Below, piece by piece: positions 1-14,501 of a stretch of DNA of 64,000 nucleotides. Position 1 is the stretch's first letter, and every line of letters starts with the position of its first letter. The DNA comes from Nageia nagi. Taxonomy: Eukaryota > Plantae > Pinophyta. Made by a program: the position numbers and the translations under genes. The stretch covers positions 141,794,001 through 141,858,000 of the forward strand of contig JBITNC010000001.1 of the NCBI GenBank assembly GCA_050084985.1. Reading direction: 5' to 3'. Below the pieces are notes generated by a model that made no database searches, was not told the origin of the DNA, and was given only the letters and a program-made list of their open reading frames with translations.

Positions 1-1170
1 GATATTTATTGGATCAACCAAATTATTAATCTTGATTAGGTTTCAAGTTGTCCTCCTAAGTTATTAAGATAATCCCTAAATGGATGTGTAAACATGTGGT
101 ATCATTACACATATGCTTGTCCACCTATTGGAGTTATGTCTAGACTAATAAAGGACTTAGGGGCAATTGAGAAGTATGAACTTTTCACCATTTGGATCAT
201 CAAATTTAAAGGCTTCAGTATGCCTATTCTCACCTCATGGCTTCTCAAACAAATCATGTTACAAAATGTATGTGCAGATGTGTTCATTTTAAGGGTTGCT
301 CATATCAATATTTGTATTTTTACATAAGTAAAATAAAGCAAAAATGCTAAACATGAAGTAAAGTGCTTTAAAATTAAACATCATCCATTCATAACATGGA
401 ACCTTAAGAGTCCAATGGGTTTTGTTTACCAACCCCTAAAGGACATCTTCACATCATTCCTTATTTGCACAAGTCCATTCCATACTTTAGATAAGGAATT
501 AAAAAAATGGACTCATTAAATGCATCATAGCTTAAAAAATAAGTACTAAGTTTGCATCATTCCATAACTTAAAAAACTTTAAGTAAGCATGCATCATGCT
601 ATAACTTAAAAGAATTTAAGTAAGTATGCATCATTCCATAACTTGCACAATTGCATTTATTAATTTTCAATAAGGAGTAAAAAAAATTTAGAATAGTGAT
701 AACCATCCATCATTTTGCATTTAGAAAGGCATTAAATATTCCATTCATCATTCCCATAACTTGATTAAGTAAAAAATATTCATGACCTTAGTAAAATTCA
801 TAAAGATTTCCCCCTTTTTTTCCTTAAAAAAATGAGCTTAAGGAAGATGCTTTCTAAAATTTAGACTACCTTAGAAAATAATTTTAACTAAGGAGAGAGA
901 TTAAAAAAAATACTAAGAATTTGCACTAGCATATTAATAGGTAATTGATTATGCCAATCTAAAAAATTTTCACTTTTAATAAATATTTTACAACCTCAAA
1001 GATACTTTGGAAAAAAAAAAAAAAGATTTCATTTAAAAAGAACTAAGTAATTTTCATGCTTTAAAAAGAATTTTTTCTAAGAATAGAAACATATTCCAAA
1101 AACAATTAGTCCCCTTTTTGAAATTTTTAAAAAGAAATGATGACTAAAGAAAAGGAATGATGATAGGAAA

Positions 1171-1377
1171 TTAATTTTGAAGTTAGGAGTTTACTCTAAC
1201 TCAAATAAAAAGAGGTATTTTTAATAGTGATAACCATCCATCATTTTGCATTTAGAAAGGCATTAAATTAATAGTGATAACCATCCATCATTTTGCATTT
1301 TGCATTTTGCCTTTCTAAAATTTTTATTAATTTTGAAGTTAGGAGTTTACTCTAACTCAAATAAAAAGAGGTATTTT
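1171..1377. repeat. 51-bp direct repeat flanking filler DNA copied from 692-737
   Basis: ttaattttgaagttaggagtttactctaactcaaataaaaagaggtatttt occurs at 1171-1221 and 1327-1377. Between them, aatagtgataaccatccatcattttgcattt occurs at 1223 and 1270 (source at 692), followed by an inverted gcctttctaaa. Confidence 0.9.
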
Positions 1378-1832
1378 ATTAATAACTAAAATTTAATCTT
1401 CCCATATATTTAATATAACATGAATATAGTAAAAGGTTACATATTATATTTACAATATATTTTGTGTTCTATAAGTCTCCCCTTTTTTGTTAAACACAAA
1501 AAAATGTACTAAAGTATAGTTACTTTAATTTTTTTTTTTTTTGGATAGTATCAAAATAGTTGAAATAAATACTTGTAAAATACGACTATTTTGTAAGGGA
1601 ACTAAGGTAGGTAAAACTCTAATATATAAATTTTTCAAAAACAAATTGCATATACTTTTTGAAGGGGAAAAATGTAGTATATTTTTACTTAAATACATAA
1701 TAAAACCTTCAAAAAAAAAAGGATATGCAAAATTATATCAATAGGTAATCTTAAACAATTGCAACTAACAATAAGACATGTTAGTATACAAAAAAAATTA
1801 CAACAAAATAGATTGCTATTTTAATCCTATGC

Positions 1833-3935
1833 TACTTGGATAACATCATAGTGTTTTCTAAGAATAGAAAGGACCACTTGAATCATCTTAGGAAAGTTTT
1901 TGAAAAATGTATACAATTTGGAATTTCTATTAATCTCAAAAATTATATTTTTATGGTTAACCAAGGAAACTTGCTTGGTCATATTGTCTTAGAAAAAGAA
2001 TTGGCAATTGATCTAGATAGAGTGAAAGCTATTGAGGCATTGCCTATACTTTCAAATAAGAAGGCATTATATTCCTTCCTTGGTCAAACCAATTTTGTTA
2101 TAAAATGTATTAATGATTTTTTAGAGATTGTTTCTTCAATCACAACAATGTTAAAGAAAGATGTTGTATTCTCCTCATATAAAGAATCAAAGTAAGCTTT
2201 TCAAGATATTAAAAAGGTTATAACTAAAGATCCTATTTTGAAAAATTCTAATTTTTTAAATTATTTTATCATGTATGCATATGAGTAGTGAAAAGTGTTG
2301 GTGTCATCCTAGCATAGAAGGAAAACCATAAGGAAGAACATCCCATTACCTTTCATAGCCAAACACTGCACCAACACCAAAGAAGGTACTCATTTATTGA
2401 AAATCAAGTATTTTACATAATGAGAGAACTTAAAACTTTTAAGCATTATGTGTCCCATGATAAAATCTTTATATATACCATTCACCTAGATGTAAAATAT
2501 TATATTATCCAAGGTGAATTGGGTGAAGGAAAAGCTGTTGGATCACAAAAATAATAGAATATGATGTAGAAATCAAACCAATAGAACTGATAAGGGGAAG
2601 GGCCCTCTATGAAAAAAAAACAAAGGCTACACATATGATTGTTATCATAAAGGATGAGGAGCATCTTAATCAAAATAGTAATTAGATTAAGCAATTTATT
2701 TTTTATTTTAAAATTGGTAAACATCTTGAATCCTTATATAGGTTTCAAAGAAGGAGATTCATATTACAAGCATTAATATTTATGATGATATATGACCATC
2801 TCTATAAGAAGAATTTTGATCAAACCTTATTGAGATGTGTGACTCACGATGAAGCCTAGAGGATTTTACATGAACTTTATTATGGATTATTTAGAGGACA
2901 CTATAGTGGTCCTAATATTACAACAAAAATATTATAAGCAAGCTATTATTGGCCTACTATATTTTAAGATTCATTCAAGATAACATGAGAGTGTGATAAA
3001 TGCAGTAGATATATCAGAATCAAGAGACAAGATGCAATGTCCCTCAAGCCTATAGTTGTTGAATAACCTTTCCAATAATTGGGTCTAGACTTCATTGGTA
3101 TTGTTAACCTAAATACTTTAGTAGACCATAATTTTATTATGATTGCAATTGATTACTCCACAATATGGTCAAAAGACATGCCATGTAAGAGTGTAGATCA
3201 AGGGGCAATAATTAATATGATAAAAAGATTAATTACTCACTTTGGCATTCCATAGACTATTGTATAAGATAATGGTATTGTATTTATTGGAACTAATTTG
3301 TCAAAATTTATTGCTAAGTATGGGATGTACTAGATGTTCTCTTCAAACTATTACTCACAAGGGAACAGGTTAGCAAGATCAACAAATAAAAATTTAACCC
3401 AAATCATTAAAAAAGAAAATTGAAGGGAATCTTAAATAATGGCATACATAACTAGACCATGCATTATGGAAAAATAGAATCAATGTCAAATCAACTATCA
3501 AGACATCTCCCTATGCATTATTATATGGTAAGAGACTAGTATTGCTAATTTATCTTGAGTTACCTACATTAAAAATCCTATAAGGGTTGGAAGTATATGA
3601 TTTTGAGCCACTTCAAGTAAGTTTCAATCAGTTAATTAAGTTGGAGAATGATAGAAACAAAGAATATCATTCCTTCTAGCATCGATAGTAGATTATAAAA
3701 AAATGGTTTGATAAGAAAAAATCTTCTTAGGTAAAGTTTGAGGTCAAAGACATCATCCTCAAATGGGATGAAGAAAGAGCAAAACCCAAGAAACATAAAA
3801 ATTTTGATTCTTTATGGAGAGGGCCCTATATCATCATTCAAACCTTAACAAAATAATGCCTTCAAGCTTCAAGACATTATTGGGACTTGGGAACTGCCTA
3901 TACTAGTGAACAAGATCTATTTAAAATATTATTGA
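1833..3935 (+). mobile_element. Decayed Ty3/Gypsy pol fragment (RT C-terminal half, RNase H, integrase), non-chromovirus Athila/Tat-like
   Basis: YLDNIIVFSK (YLDD motif), LLGHIV, FLGQTNF; integrase HELYYGLFRGHYSG...ECDKC, GLDFIG, DNG, NYYSQGNRLA; C-terminal FDSLWRGPY. Many stops and frameshifts. Confidence 0.92.
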
Positions 3936-4540
3936 CTAATAGGGTGATTCCATAACCCCAACAAATATGTATAATGTACATACTCCACTATTTTTAGTTT
4001 TAGTCATTTTTGTCCCTTTCAAATATATATACATATATATATATATATTCTTATATATATTGGTTCATCGATGACACATTTCCCAAGAAGGTAGGTAGCC
4101 ATTAATGCTTCCATTAACTAGGCATGGTGAAGGTTAAACCTAATGGATGTAAACCATCATATCAAAGGATGCCATTTAATAGCTAGATTTTCTCAAAAAA
4201 CCACCAATGGCACCTTACCTTATAATTTAAATTTGATGTGCTTAAATTAAATGTGATCCTACCTATCATCCCTAACACCACACTTTGGGTAGATTATAAC
4301 ATTCCTTACTCATTAATTACCATTAATAGGCAACAATTCCAAACCCTAAGTAAATAAAATATAGCCCTTAACCTCTCATTCCCTCACTTAGCAAATTTTA
4401 GAGCATAAGTTTTCGAGAGTTCCAGAGCTTATTTTTTATAGAGTTTTTAGCACTAAGAATTGAGGAATTCTTATAGCTTTCATCACAAAGGTTGTAGTAG
4501 CTTAATGTTAACCTAAGTTGCATAAAAACTACTCAAAATC

Positions 4541-7500
4541 ATGATGGAAATTGAGAAGCTTGAGGTAGCTATGGAAGAGGTATTAGATGCCAACTTAGTG
4601 GCAATTCATGATGAGTATTTGTATAATGCTCTAGGTGTTAACTAGACAAAGGGAGGGGTCATGAATCATATGGATACCTAGAGATAATACCTTGAAAGAA
4701 TCCTATTGTTGCACTAGATACCAAATATTGCAAGAAAAGGGTAGTCATTAGTAGAATCAATAAATAATGTCATTTTGGATCAGGTCTTGGCATATTATGT
4801 ACCCTATGATTCTTTCACTTTCCTAGAGCTCCTTGTTTCTATTTCCCTTAGGCATAACCTATAGGACTATGAGGTTATAGCTTACAAGGAGTAGAAGAAG
4901 GGAGAAGCAAAGTCCAAGTACCAATCGAATATTATTTTGTAATACTCCTTAGAAGCAATTATACATGCATTCATAATCCCTATTGATTAAACCTTACATG
5001 TTAAGAAGAAAATTGATCTTAAAAAGGAAAAGGTTAATTTTTATCAAAATGAAAATGAGATGCTAGATTTAATTGATGAGAGGTATGAAGGAATATGCAC
5101 TAAACTCCTATAGAGATATGACATCACCTCCTCTAAAAAATCTTGGGACAAACAAGTCCTACAAGTGTTGGCTATTATTCTTGGGAAGCAGACCCAAATT
5201 GAGGTAGATGAAGCCATGATGAGAGTGGTGTATAATATTATTAAGGCACACATATACTATTATTTTTATCTTTAATATCAAATGAGATTAGAAAAAAAAA
5301 TTTCAATATTGAAAAATCTAATTTCTCACATTCATTATATTTGTGGTGGCTTATAGTCCACCAAAACTTGGAAGTTCTGGTGGAAGGAGGACTCCAGATT
5401 GCACCAACAACTCTATCCACATCACTTGCACCAATTGATTTAAGAGTGTTAGTACTCGTAAAAGTTTATGGCTCATAATATGAGTTCATGGAAAAGTTTT
5501 CTTCTCTAGTAATGTGCATTCTCATGGGGAGGGTTACCCACATACTACACCAATTTATCATGGATGAGTTTTAAGGAGAAAACAGGATAGGAGATTGGTA
5601 ATTTTTGAGGAACTACATAATAATTATGAGGTATGGTTATTTTTATATCCCATTTTTGTTACCTAAGTTTGTTACCCCATAGTTATATTCTTTAGATATG
5701 GCTAGACAAATATTTTCCATAGAGACTAAGCATGGATCATGGGGTAATTTCAAACTTGTTATCAAAATACCTACCTAATCTATAAATTTTACTTTAATAG
5801 AAATAGGGTGTAAAGATTAGTTAGTCAATTTTATTGTACAAAATTTTAAATTAGATACTATAGATACCCCTTGGGTATATGACCTAGCTAGTGAAATGAT
5901 AAGGATAATCAAATCTAATAAAAATTGCTTGATGTTATCCCATGATGTCCAATTGCATGTGGAATATTTGGAAAATAAAATGAAAGAGGAGGTTGAGGTA
6001 TCCTTGAAATGGGAATTCAAGATTCTTGATAAGGCATGGATGGCCCTTGAAGGCCAAAAAAAGTATAAGATCTAGGAAGTCAGACTCCAAGATTTTTCCT
6101 TGAACCTGAAGGTTTTCACTCATCTATAGGATGAGTTAGGTTGAGGCCCTAATAAAATAGAGTATTTCACAAAATTTAGATTTGAATATAGTACCAAAGA
6201 AAATCATGTTTAAAGATAACACTTTGGTGAGTTTACATATGATCAATATTAAATTTCCCAATACATGCAAGACCCACTAAAGAAAATAGGAAAACCACTT
6301 CTAACTAATTTTCAAGGGAAGGGTATGGAAAATGAACAACCATTGGTACAGTGGACATAAGAACTACAAAAATAAAAAAAGAGAAAATATAAATAAGCAT
6401 CCATATCCTATCAGCTTCAAAAAAGGAAGAAAGAAGCTCAAATTACAATGAATTTCACACTTGAGGAATCTTATCCAAAGAAGAAAAGACTCAAACTCAA
6501 ACTAGTAATAAAAGAGAAATAAACCCTAGAGGAGAAGTTATAAGTGTTAGAAAAGAGGGCATATGCCAATAAACCATCTATGGTAAGAAGCACCCAGACC
6601 CCATCTTCCTAGGCAATAAGTAAAGAATAAGTACAACCCAAACTAAGAATGGGAGATACTAAGTTACTTGATGCAGAGGAAACCTAAAAGCATGAACAAG
6701 GTCATATATCATGATACAGAAGAAGAAACTAGGGATGAAGTGTAGCAAGGGGGAGGGAATGTGCTTGGAATGAGTCAAGTAGTAACAACCTAAATGGGTG
6801 GCACCACAGTAGCAAGAGGTGGATCAGGTGAAGATGAAGATGATGATGATGATCCAAATAAAAAGAAATACTTTAGCCCAAAGGATAAGCCACTTGAAGA
6901 AGAGTCTACCATAAATGAGTAAGAAGAAGAGGTATGGGTAATACCTACTATAGAGACAGTAATAAAGACACCTACCAAATATACTCCAACATTAATCTCA
7001 AGAGTAGGTGCATCTCACCATTCTTTAATTCCTTATTCTAAACCCTTGCAAGAGGAAATAAAAAGCATTTTTTCTACTCAAATAGTAGATCCCATTGATT
7101 GGAAGACATTTATTAATAAAACCTCTTTTCTTTTGAAGAAACAGGTGAGAATTTTGAGTAAAGCTATAGAAATGGGGGATATTTAAATTTCTTAGATGCC
7201 CTTCAAAGAAGGGCAATTATAAAAAACCCCCATGTCTGTTATAAATGTAAATGTGTAGAGTGCTCTAGCTATAGAATAGTCTAGGTTTTTGGTAAATACT
7301 TCCCTAGTTGCTAGTAAGAGTCTCCAATCAATGGAGAACAAAATAGATAAACTCAATAAATAGATTGAACAATATAAAAAGGATTACTACCAAAAAGATA
7401 AGATGATAGCCGGGCTATAGAACCATAATAAAGAAATAATTGAAGTTTTGGCAAAGTAGAAGTTTGAGCATGAAAAGAGCCTTGAAGATGCTAAGGTTAA

Positions 7501-8270
7501 GCTAAAGAACATGAAGAAATACATTAAATACCTCAAGGCTCAAGCCAGTGTAATTGAAAAATAAAAGACTTAGTAGATCAAAGAGGAATTGAAAAAGACA
7601 CTAGTGATAAATAAAGTGTTAAATGATGATAAGGTCAAGCTACTAGAAATTGTCAAGAATTTTAAAAAAACCCTAGTGGAGTAGATAGGAGAAAGATTGA
7701 TCAGCATATCCCAATTACGTCTATTGAAGAATCAAACAAAACAAGTTGTTAAGTAGTATAATGCTCACACCACACTTCACAAACTAGCCTTATCAATGAT
7801 TTGGCCATAATAACTACAAGCCTTAGATAAACAATTTTGAGAAGGATAAAATATATCTATGATTTGCAAGAACTAGTGTTTGTTTTGGACTTGAAGAAAC
7901 ATCAATTAAAAATACAAATTGGATTTGTAAATAGATTCTTTCATTCTTTAATCCAATTAAAGGCTCCCAAATTGTGGGAGGAATGAGATGTACAAAGTAG
8001 CACCAACTAATGGGTGGTGAATCCAAATAATTTTGGGAGTAGTCATTTTTTGAAAAACAAATTTCATACCTACAAATAATAAGTGACTTAGCCTAGGAAA
8101 TAGTAACAAGATTCTTGCATGCTAGAAGACTAAAGAGCATGTTAACAAGCTTCAGAGCAAATATAGTCCAACTACAAGCATGTCCTATTTGATCACAAGT
8201 AGATAATATAGATCTAAAAGATCTATATAATAAGCTATAGTATCTACTTTCTTCAAATTTAATTCAATTA
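4541..8270 (+). pseudogene. Decayed long extra ORF downstream of Gypsy pol (globular domain, acidic linker, coiled coil)
   Basis: One frame over 5281-5709 reads NFSHSLYLWWLIVHQNLE...RIGDW*FLRNYIIIMRYGYFYIPFLLPKFVTP*LYSLDMARQ. GEDEDDDDD at about 6830-6855. Heptad-like LQSMENKIDKLNK*IEQYKKD...LEDAKVKLKNMKKYIKYLKAQA at 7322-7546. End points approximate. Confidence 0.7.
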
Positions 8271-10099
8271 CCAGAAGTCCCACCAAAGAATCCATTTGAG
8301 CAAGAAAGTGGAAATGGCCAATAATGGTCCTATTCTTTAGCAGGCTGAACACCCCAAGAGCTTCCAAAAGATTATTATTTTTTCAAAATCACACTTTGGA
8401 AGGGGTAAAATTACTATATTATTTATTCTTTCCCTTATTCATTCATTCATTCTTAAATATAATCCTTCATTTAATTACCACCTCTTATTTCCCTTTCTCT
8501 TATATGTAAATACTTATGTATGTTAAGCCCTTATTTTAAAAACTATTGTATATTACCAAGTCATGAACTTACATTGTTAGCTCTTAGTATTATAAACATT
8601 TTTTGAAAGTACCATTTTTTTAGGGTAGGTATTGTTTGTATAGTAATTTGAGTCAAATACAAGAACTACATATAGTCTAAGATAATGAATGTCAATCTTC
8701 TAAAACTAAATCTTTTCTAAGTCTTATTACTAGGTCTTGTTGTATATAAATTATTTATGTATCAAAGGTCAAGTTCAAGCCCTATTTCAAGTCCTATCAC
8801 TTAGGTTCTATTCTTGTTTAAATTCAAAGGTTATTTTTGGGTAGCATTGTAAAGTAAATATGAGTCATTATTGAGTCAAATCAATCAATGCACAATTTTC
8901 TAGAGCCCACACATTTCTAGAGAAAAAGTTTTATTATACATAAAAAATCAATGGGCACTGAGTTATTCCATCAATAGGTGTTACCAAAGAACAAATAAAT
9001 GAGATATATTTTAGTGATTTCATTCTATAAATCCCATCAATTTTGAGCATTGATGTCACACCTTTTATTGAAAATCGATAGGTGATAAGGCAACTTCCAA
9101 TCAGTCAATGGATCCCACTAGAGCAAGTAAGACTTGCTTAGCTGAAAATAGAACTATGAGATAAGGGGAACACTAAGGTCCACTTAATTTGTTTGATCCC
9201 TAAGGATCTATCAATGTATAAAATTTGACTCATTTTCACATGTCAGTAGTAGTTTTTCCTTAGGTTTCAATGTTATATCTTTAATTTCCCTCATAGTTTT
9301 TGCAACCTAGAGTTGTAATGATCTTCATAAATGGTTACAAAGAGTTAGATAGCTACCAAAAGAGCATAGAGATAAATTGTACCAATAAATATAGCAAACC
9401 ATAACTTGATAAATTAGCTACAATTGCAACAAGATATAGTTAAAGACAAATATGAGAAACTGAGGCCAAGAAGGTACAAAAATTTAGAGTTTCCAAATTC
9501 TCAAACATTGGCATTGATTATACTGAGTCACTATGTAATTTAGCATAGTTATAGATTTAAGTTGTACATTTATAAATAATTATTTGTTTTTGTTCTTATT
9601 CAATAGGAAAATTAAGGGTAGTAATGTTGGACAACCACCCATTTGCAAATAGAGTAGTATAAGTAGTGGATTGTTAGAGGTCCATAAGGTTAGACATTTT
9701 AGCAAAGCTGCCCAATGTATGAAGTTCTTTCATAAATGATAATACAAAATAGTGATGTTTTTCCTTTGCATTTTATGGCTTTTATAATGTTTGTAAACAT
9801 TATGTATAAAACATTATTCTAAATTATGGATGTGTATTGCAACTGAAAGACCCCAATGGTAAGAGAGTCTTTCTATTCTTAATATTGGTAATGGATTACT
9901 GCATGTGTGGTAATGCTTAGGCTAGTTAGTTTTATCTTATTTTAGTAGTTTATATTTTCATATCTTTCTTATTACTCTTGCCCTATTTTATCTCTTTCCA
10001 ATTAGTTTTGACCTATCTTATAGATAGGATCCAACCTATAACCCAAAGATTGAATAGAAGACCCCCATGAGTGCACTTTCCCACCATATTTTGCTCTTT

Positions 10100-12359
10100 C
10101 AAGAACCCTACTATTATAGGCAATAGAGAACTAGACTAGAACAAACCTTAATGTTACATTATACTAATCAAAAACAACTATTTATTACCTCCAATAAAGA
10201 TTTGTTGAGTAGATGTACATATGCCTTCCTTGATATCTTTTACTATCATTATTTCCTTTGAAAGAAAACCACCATCCTTCATTATAATGTTCAATCCATG
10301 TGTGTGATCTCCATGCTTCACCATTGATATCTCTATAGTCACTATAACTTGAAGCTCATCAAATTTATTCATATTTTCATTCTCTATCTCTTCAATGAGA
10401 TAGTCCTTTCTATTCTCTTCATGCTTCACTCTTAATGATTAATCTTAAAATATAAATATTATAGCTTTCATTTCCTCTCATTCATAATTTCTCTTAGATT
10501 AGTATCCCATATTTCCTCTTTGAGATAATTATTAACTTTTGATGAGTGAGTTTCAATATTTCTATCCATTCCATATGAAAGGTATCCATGATAAGTAATC
10601 CACCAACTAAATTTTTTCTTCTTGTTTCCAACATTCTTCTCCATGAGAATAATAACTTATTCATGATATTAATCCTTTTTAAATTTTTAATTTTGTGTAT
10701 CCTTCATAAGATACTCTTCATCATATGCCTCCTTCATGTGATTCCCTCTTTATACTCCACTAATTTTAGTGGTCTTCAAATAGGCAATCACCAACTTTGG
10801 AGTGATCTTCAACACAACAACATTCATCATTCTCATAGAATGATATTTCAACACTTATCTCTTGAATGATACATCCATTATATTTTCCATCAATATGCAT
10901 GCTTCCTAAATATGCAACTCCTACAACTTCTTCTTTTTCTTCATTAAAAGAAGATTCATCAACATTATATTTTTCTTCCTCATATTCTTCCTTTATAAAA
11001 AAGAATTCCTTGGTAAAATTTTATTTTCTTAATCATAATAAATGCATTAAATCATGAGGATCTCACATGGTTTCTCAAAATAATATTCATCATAACTTTC
11101 TTCCATAGAAAGAGTTTCATAAGGTTCCTCAAATATGTAAGCCTCCCACTTACTCATACAATCTTCACACATAAGCTCATAAGAGTTTCAAAAAAGATAT
11201 TGCAAACTTTTCCATGTATTTATAGTTTTCCTAAAACTTGTAATGAGTTTAAAAATATTCTCCTTTATATTTTTTCTAATTTACAAGGGATCCAAATAAT
11301 TTTTATGTTGCCCCTCTTTCTTTTTCTTTTTTTCTCTTCTTCAAGGCTTCTCTAGTATTTAGGTTTCTCATATCCATTAGTAATGTTATCCTAAATTCCT
11401 TTGATAATTAATAATATCCTCATTTTGGCAATCCAAAACATATAATCTACTCCACAAAATATTGGATCTTGCAATTCATAGTTATTATTTTTGGCCATCA
11501 TATTAAGAACACCAAGCAATCATCTTTGTAGAAACTCGATAAATCTTATACTAAAGTTCTTAACCAAGATTTGAAATAAATTTTCACACTCTATAATTTG
11601 TTTCTTTACCTATAAAAATAGGCTTTAATACCACATGTAGAATCTCAATAGATTATCTACATATATAACTCTCAAGGTTTAGCTCAAAAAATGTTATAAT
11701 AAATTTTGTAAGATAAATGAACTCTTAGAAGTGGAAGCATAAATATAAGAACATTTATTAAGAGATGAACTCTCCATCTATTCACACAAGATATTAAGTT
11801 TGGGTTTAACCAAATATCCATAATAACTCAATGAAGCAAGCTTTGAGAAAAAATCAATATATAATTTTCAAGCAATAAACTAGTATGAGATTGTTGTAGA
11901 AAATACATTATCTACCAATACTTTTGGAGCAATAAACTAGTATATTATGATATAATATTACATTATTTACATATTCTCTATAAATATCAAGCATTATAAA
12001 ACCTATATTTCTCTACTTACTCATTCTACTTCTTAAAATTTAAATGGATACATGCTTATATAGTTATTTATGAGAATTAGAATAGGTGCAAACTATTTAG
12101 GGAAATCCTCTCAAGAGTTATTATAATCTAAAATAAGATTAATAATCAATTTTCAAATACCTATAAATCCTATCCTATTACTTTAAACATAAAATATTAT
12201 AATCATATGAATCACAAACAACTGATAGAATAAGAAAAAGATAGACTTTTGGTCAAAGTTAACCAAAATAAGCTAAAACTATAAAATGCTATTGAAATGT
12301 GTATCCTCTAAAGAATTATGCTTACATTTGGGAAACACATAGGGTTTGAAATATGTAGA
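10100..12359 (-). mobile_element. LTR retrotransposon remnant (LTR, tRNA-Met PBS, decayed E/K-rich internal region)
   Basis: gctttaatacca at 11622-11633 is the reverse complement of a degenerate TGGTATCAGAGC PBS, next to an LTR edge tgtag at 11636. The minus strand at 10178-11100 is purine-rich. Outer limits uncertain. Confidence 0.5.
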
Positions 12360-14501
12360 ATTTTTTGTGGATAAATTCTTGTATGTTATCTTTGTTTATT
12401 TTTAGAAGATTTGGCACTAATCATGTGGAAGGTGAAATGTAGGGGCATTTTTTATGAAACATAGAGGGTCATTGAATTTCTAGGATGAGAGGTAGAAAAC
12501 TCTATTTTAAGTTCAAATTTATAAGTCAAGTTGGTCTAATTTATAACACTATCCTATATGATAAAGATAGAAAATATTATGTGTTATGTGTTCTTGTGAA
12601 ATATAACTTTGATTATCACTATATTTATATTGGATATGAATTCTTATATCATCAATATTAGAAGCATCTTTTAGATAGGAAGGGATATTTTTCTTGACCT
12701 TATTTAGATCATAGATAATGATTATATTGGTTGTATTTGGCCTCTTTTTGATCTCATTTTATAACCTTGATATTCATATGTTACTAAGTATTGATGTTGG
12801 GATGAGTGTTGATGCTTATGTATTGCGAGATCTTCGATTTTTTCAAATATTCCAAATAGTAGAGGGTTGGGAGGTATCTTCATCTAAAAATTAATATACC
12901 CCCATGTAAATTTCTTCAACTTTATCTTCATGTACTTAAGGAATTTTATATTCTTCCTTTAACATATGAGGTTACTCATTTTTGGTACAATGAACACATT
13001 AATGCTCATCTTTAATTTCACTTCAAAAGTGGATATGTAATATTTAGATTATATTTATGTTATCTTACTTGAAAGAATCAAGCATTTCCCCAAAAATACA
13101 TATTGTAATGTTATAATCAATAAATTAATTATTTAAAATATTATACATGAATCAGTTAAACTAATTTTATCAAGAAAAGAATCATAATCTTCTGAAAGGT
13201 TAGTCTTATGTATTTCCTTAACTAGTTGTGCATATTCATAATCTTTATTGATGACCATGCCAAACACATTGATCATGTTATTTTCTTCTTCATTCTCACT
13301 AGATTATTTGTTAGATTTTATATTAGTGTTTTCATCTGCTTTCTCATTGGTAGCATAATTAACTATCCTAGTTTCTAGGAATGGATGAGATTTCTTTTTA
13401 TTTTGATACACCCATTTGTTGAATGATCTTTAAATTGATGATATAAATCAGATTTCAACATTCCCAATCATGAATAGTTGTTAATTATTTAATAATGACA
13501 TATTAAACTAATATTTGAATATATCTACAATTATATTACCATTTGATGATCAGACCACTTAAAATTAATGAGGATGGTCTAGTTCTAGTAATATAAGGGA
13601 GAGGTACTTGAGGAATTAGATGTGCTACAAAATAAATTTCTCTTTTTTTAGTGATAGTATTTATAGAGATACAAAATAAGAAAATATATTTTAAAAATAG
13701 AAAAATAAAAATTAGTAAAATATGAAAAATAAAATCTTACAAGTGGTTGGAGTGCATGTGGATCTCTGAGAAGGATCCTCTAAATAAAAATAGTAGGATA
13801 ATAAAATAAAAACTTATGCCAACAAAATAAAGTATTATAAAAAATTACACTTTTCTTGGAGGAGACATGCTATACTTTTCATTATCATTAGTTAGAATTA
13901 TTTAAATCATGTCTATGTCACTAGTATCCTGTGATAAATGGACTATTTTTCTTAACTCACATTTCTTGTTGAGGTTAGCTACACTAACTTGTAAGAATTA
14001 AAAAACTTTAGTAGAATCAAAACTTTAGTAAAATCAAAATAAATTTATTTCTAAAAAAATATTTTAGGTAAGAAATTTACTTAAAATTTCTCTCTCTTCA
14101 TGATAAATATTGCATGTAAGGATGATTGCAAGTTAGAGGTGGAACACCTTCCTTTCCAAAATCTTATAAACAATTTCATAATAAAGAGTCAATAAGTAGT
14201 TGGTTTCCATATAAATATGTATTTTTCATAATATTTTTTGTTATTTTTAATTGAGATTTAAGCCTATATGAAACTAGGGTACACCAACCAAATTTTTTAA
14301 CCTCAAGGCTACCTACCATCTAGTAAGAGCACAAGTAAGAAAATAAATGGTTCTTCCTTGACGAATAAGATGTCTAGTAAAATATTCCACTATAGCATAA
14401 AAAATCTATTTTGAACTATATGGAATCTATTTCTATGATTAGTAAGTTATATCTATATAATCTTACAAATAAATTATAAAAAAAAATATATAAAATATAA
14501 A

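Noticed and set aside
8395-9960. 3' LTR of the first Gypsy and a further LTR near 9625
   Set aside because: PPT-like purine runs are present, but there is no partner LTR in the window to define boundaries.
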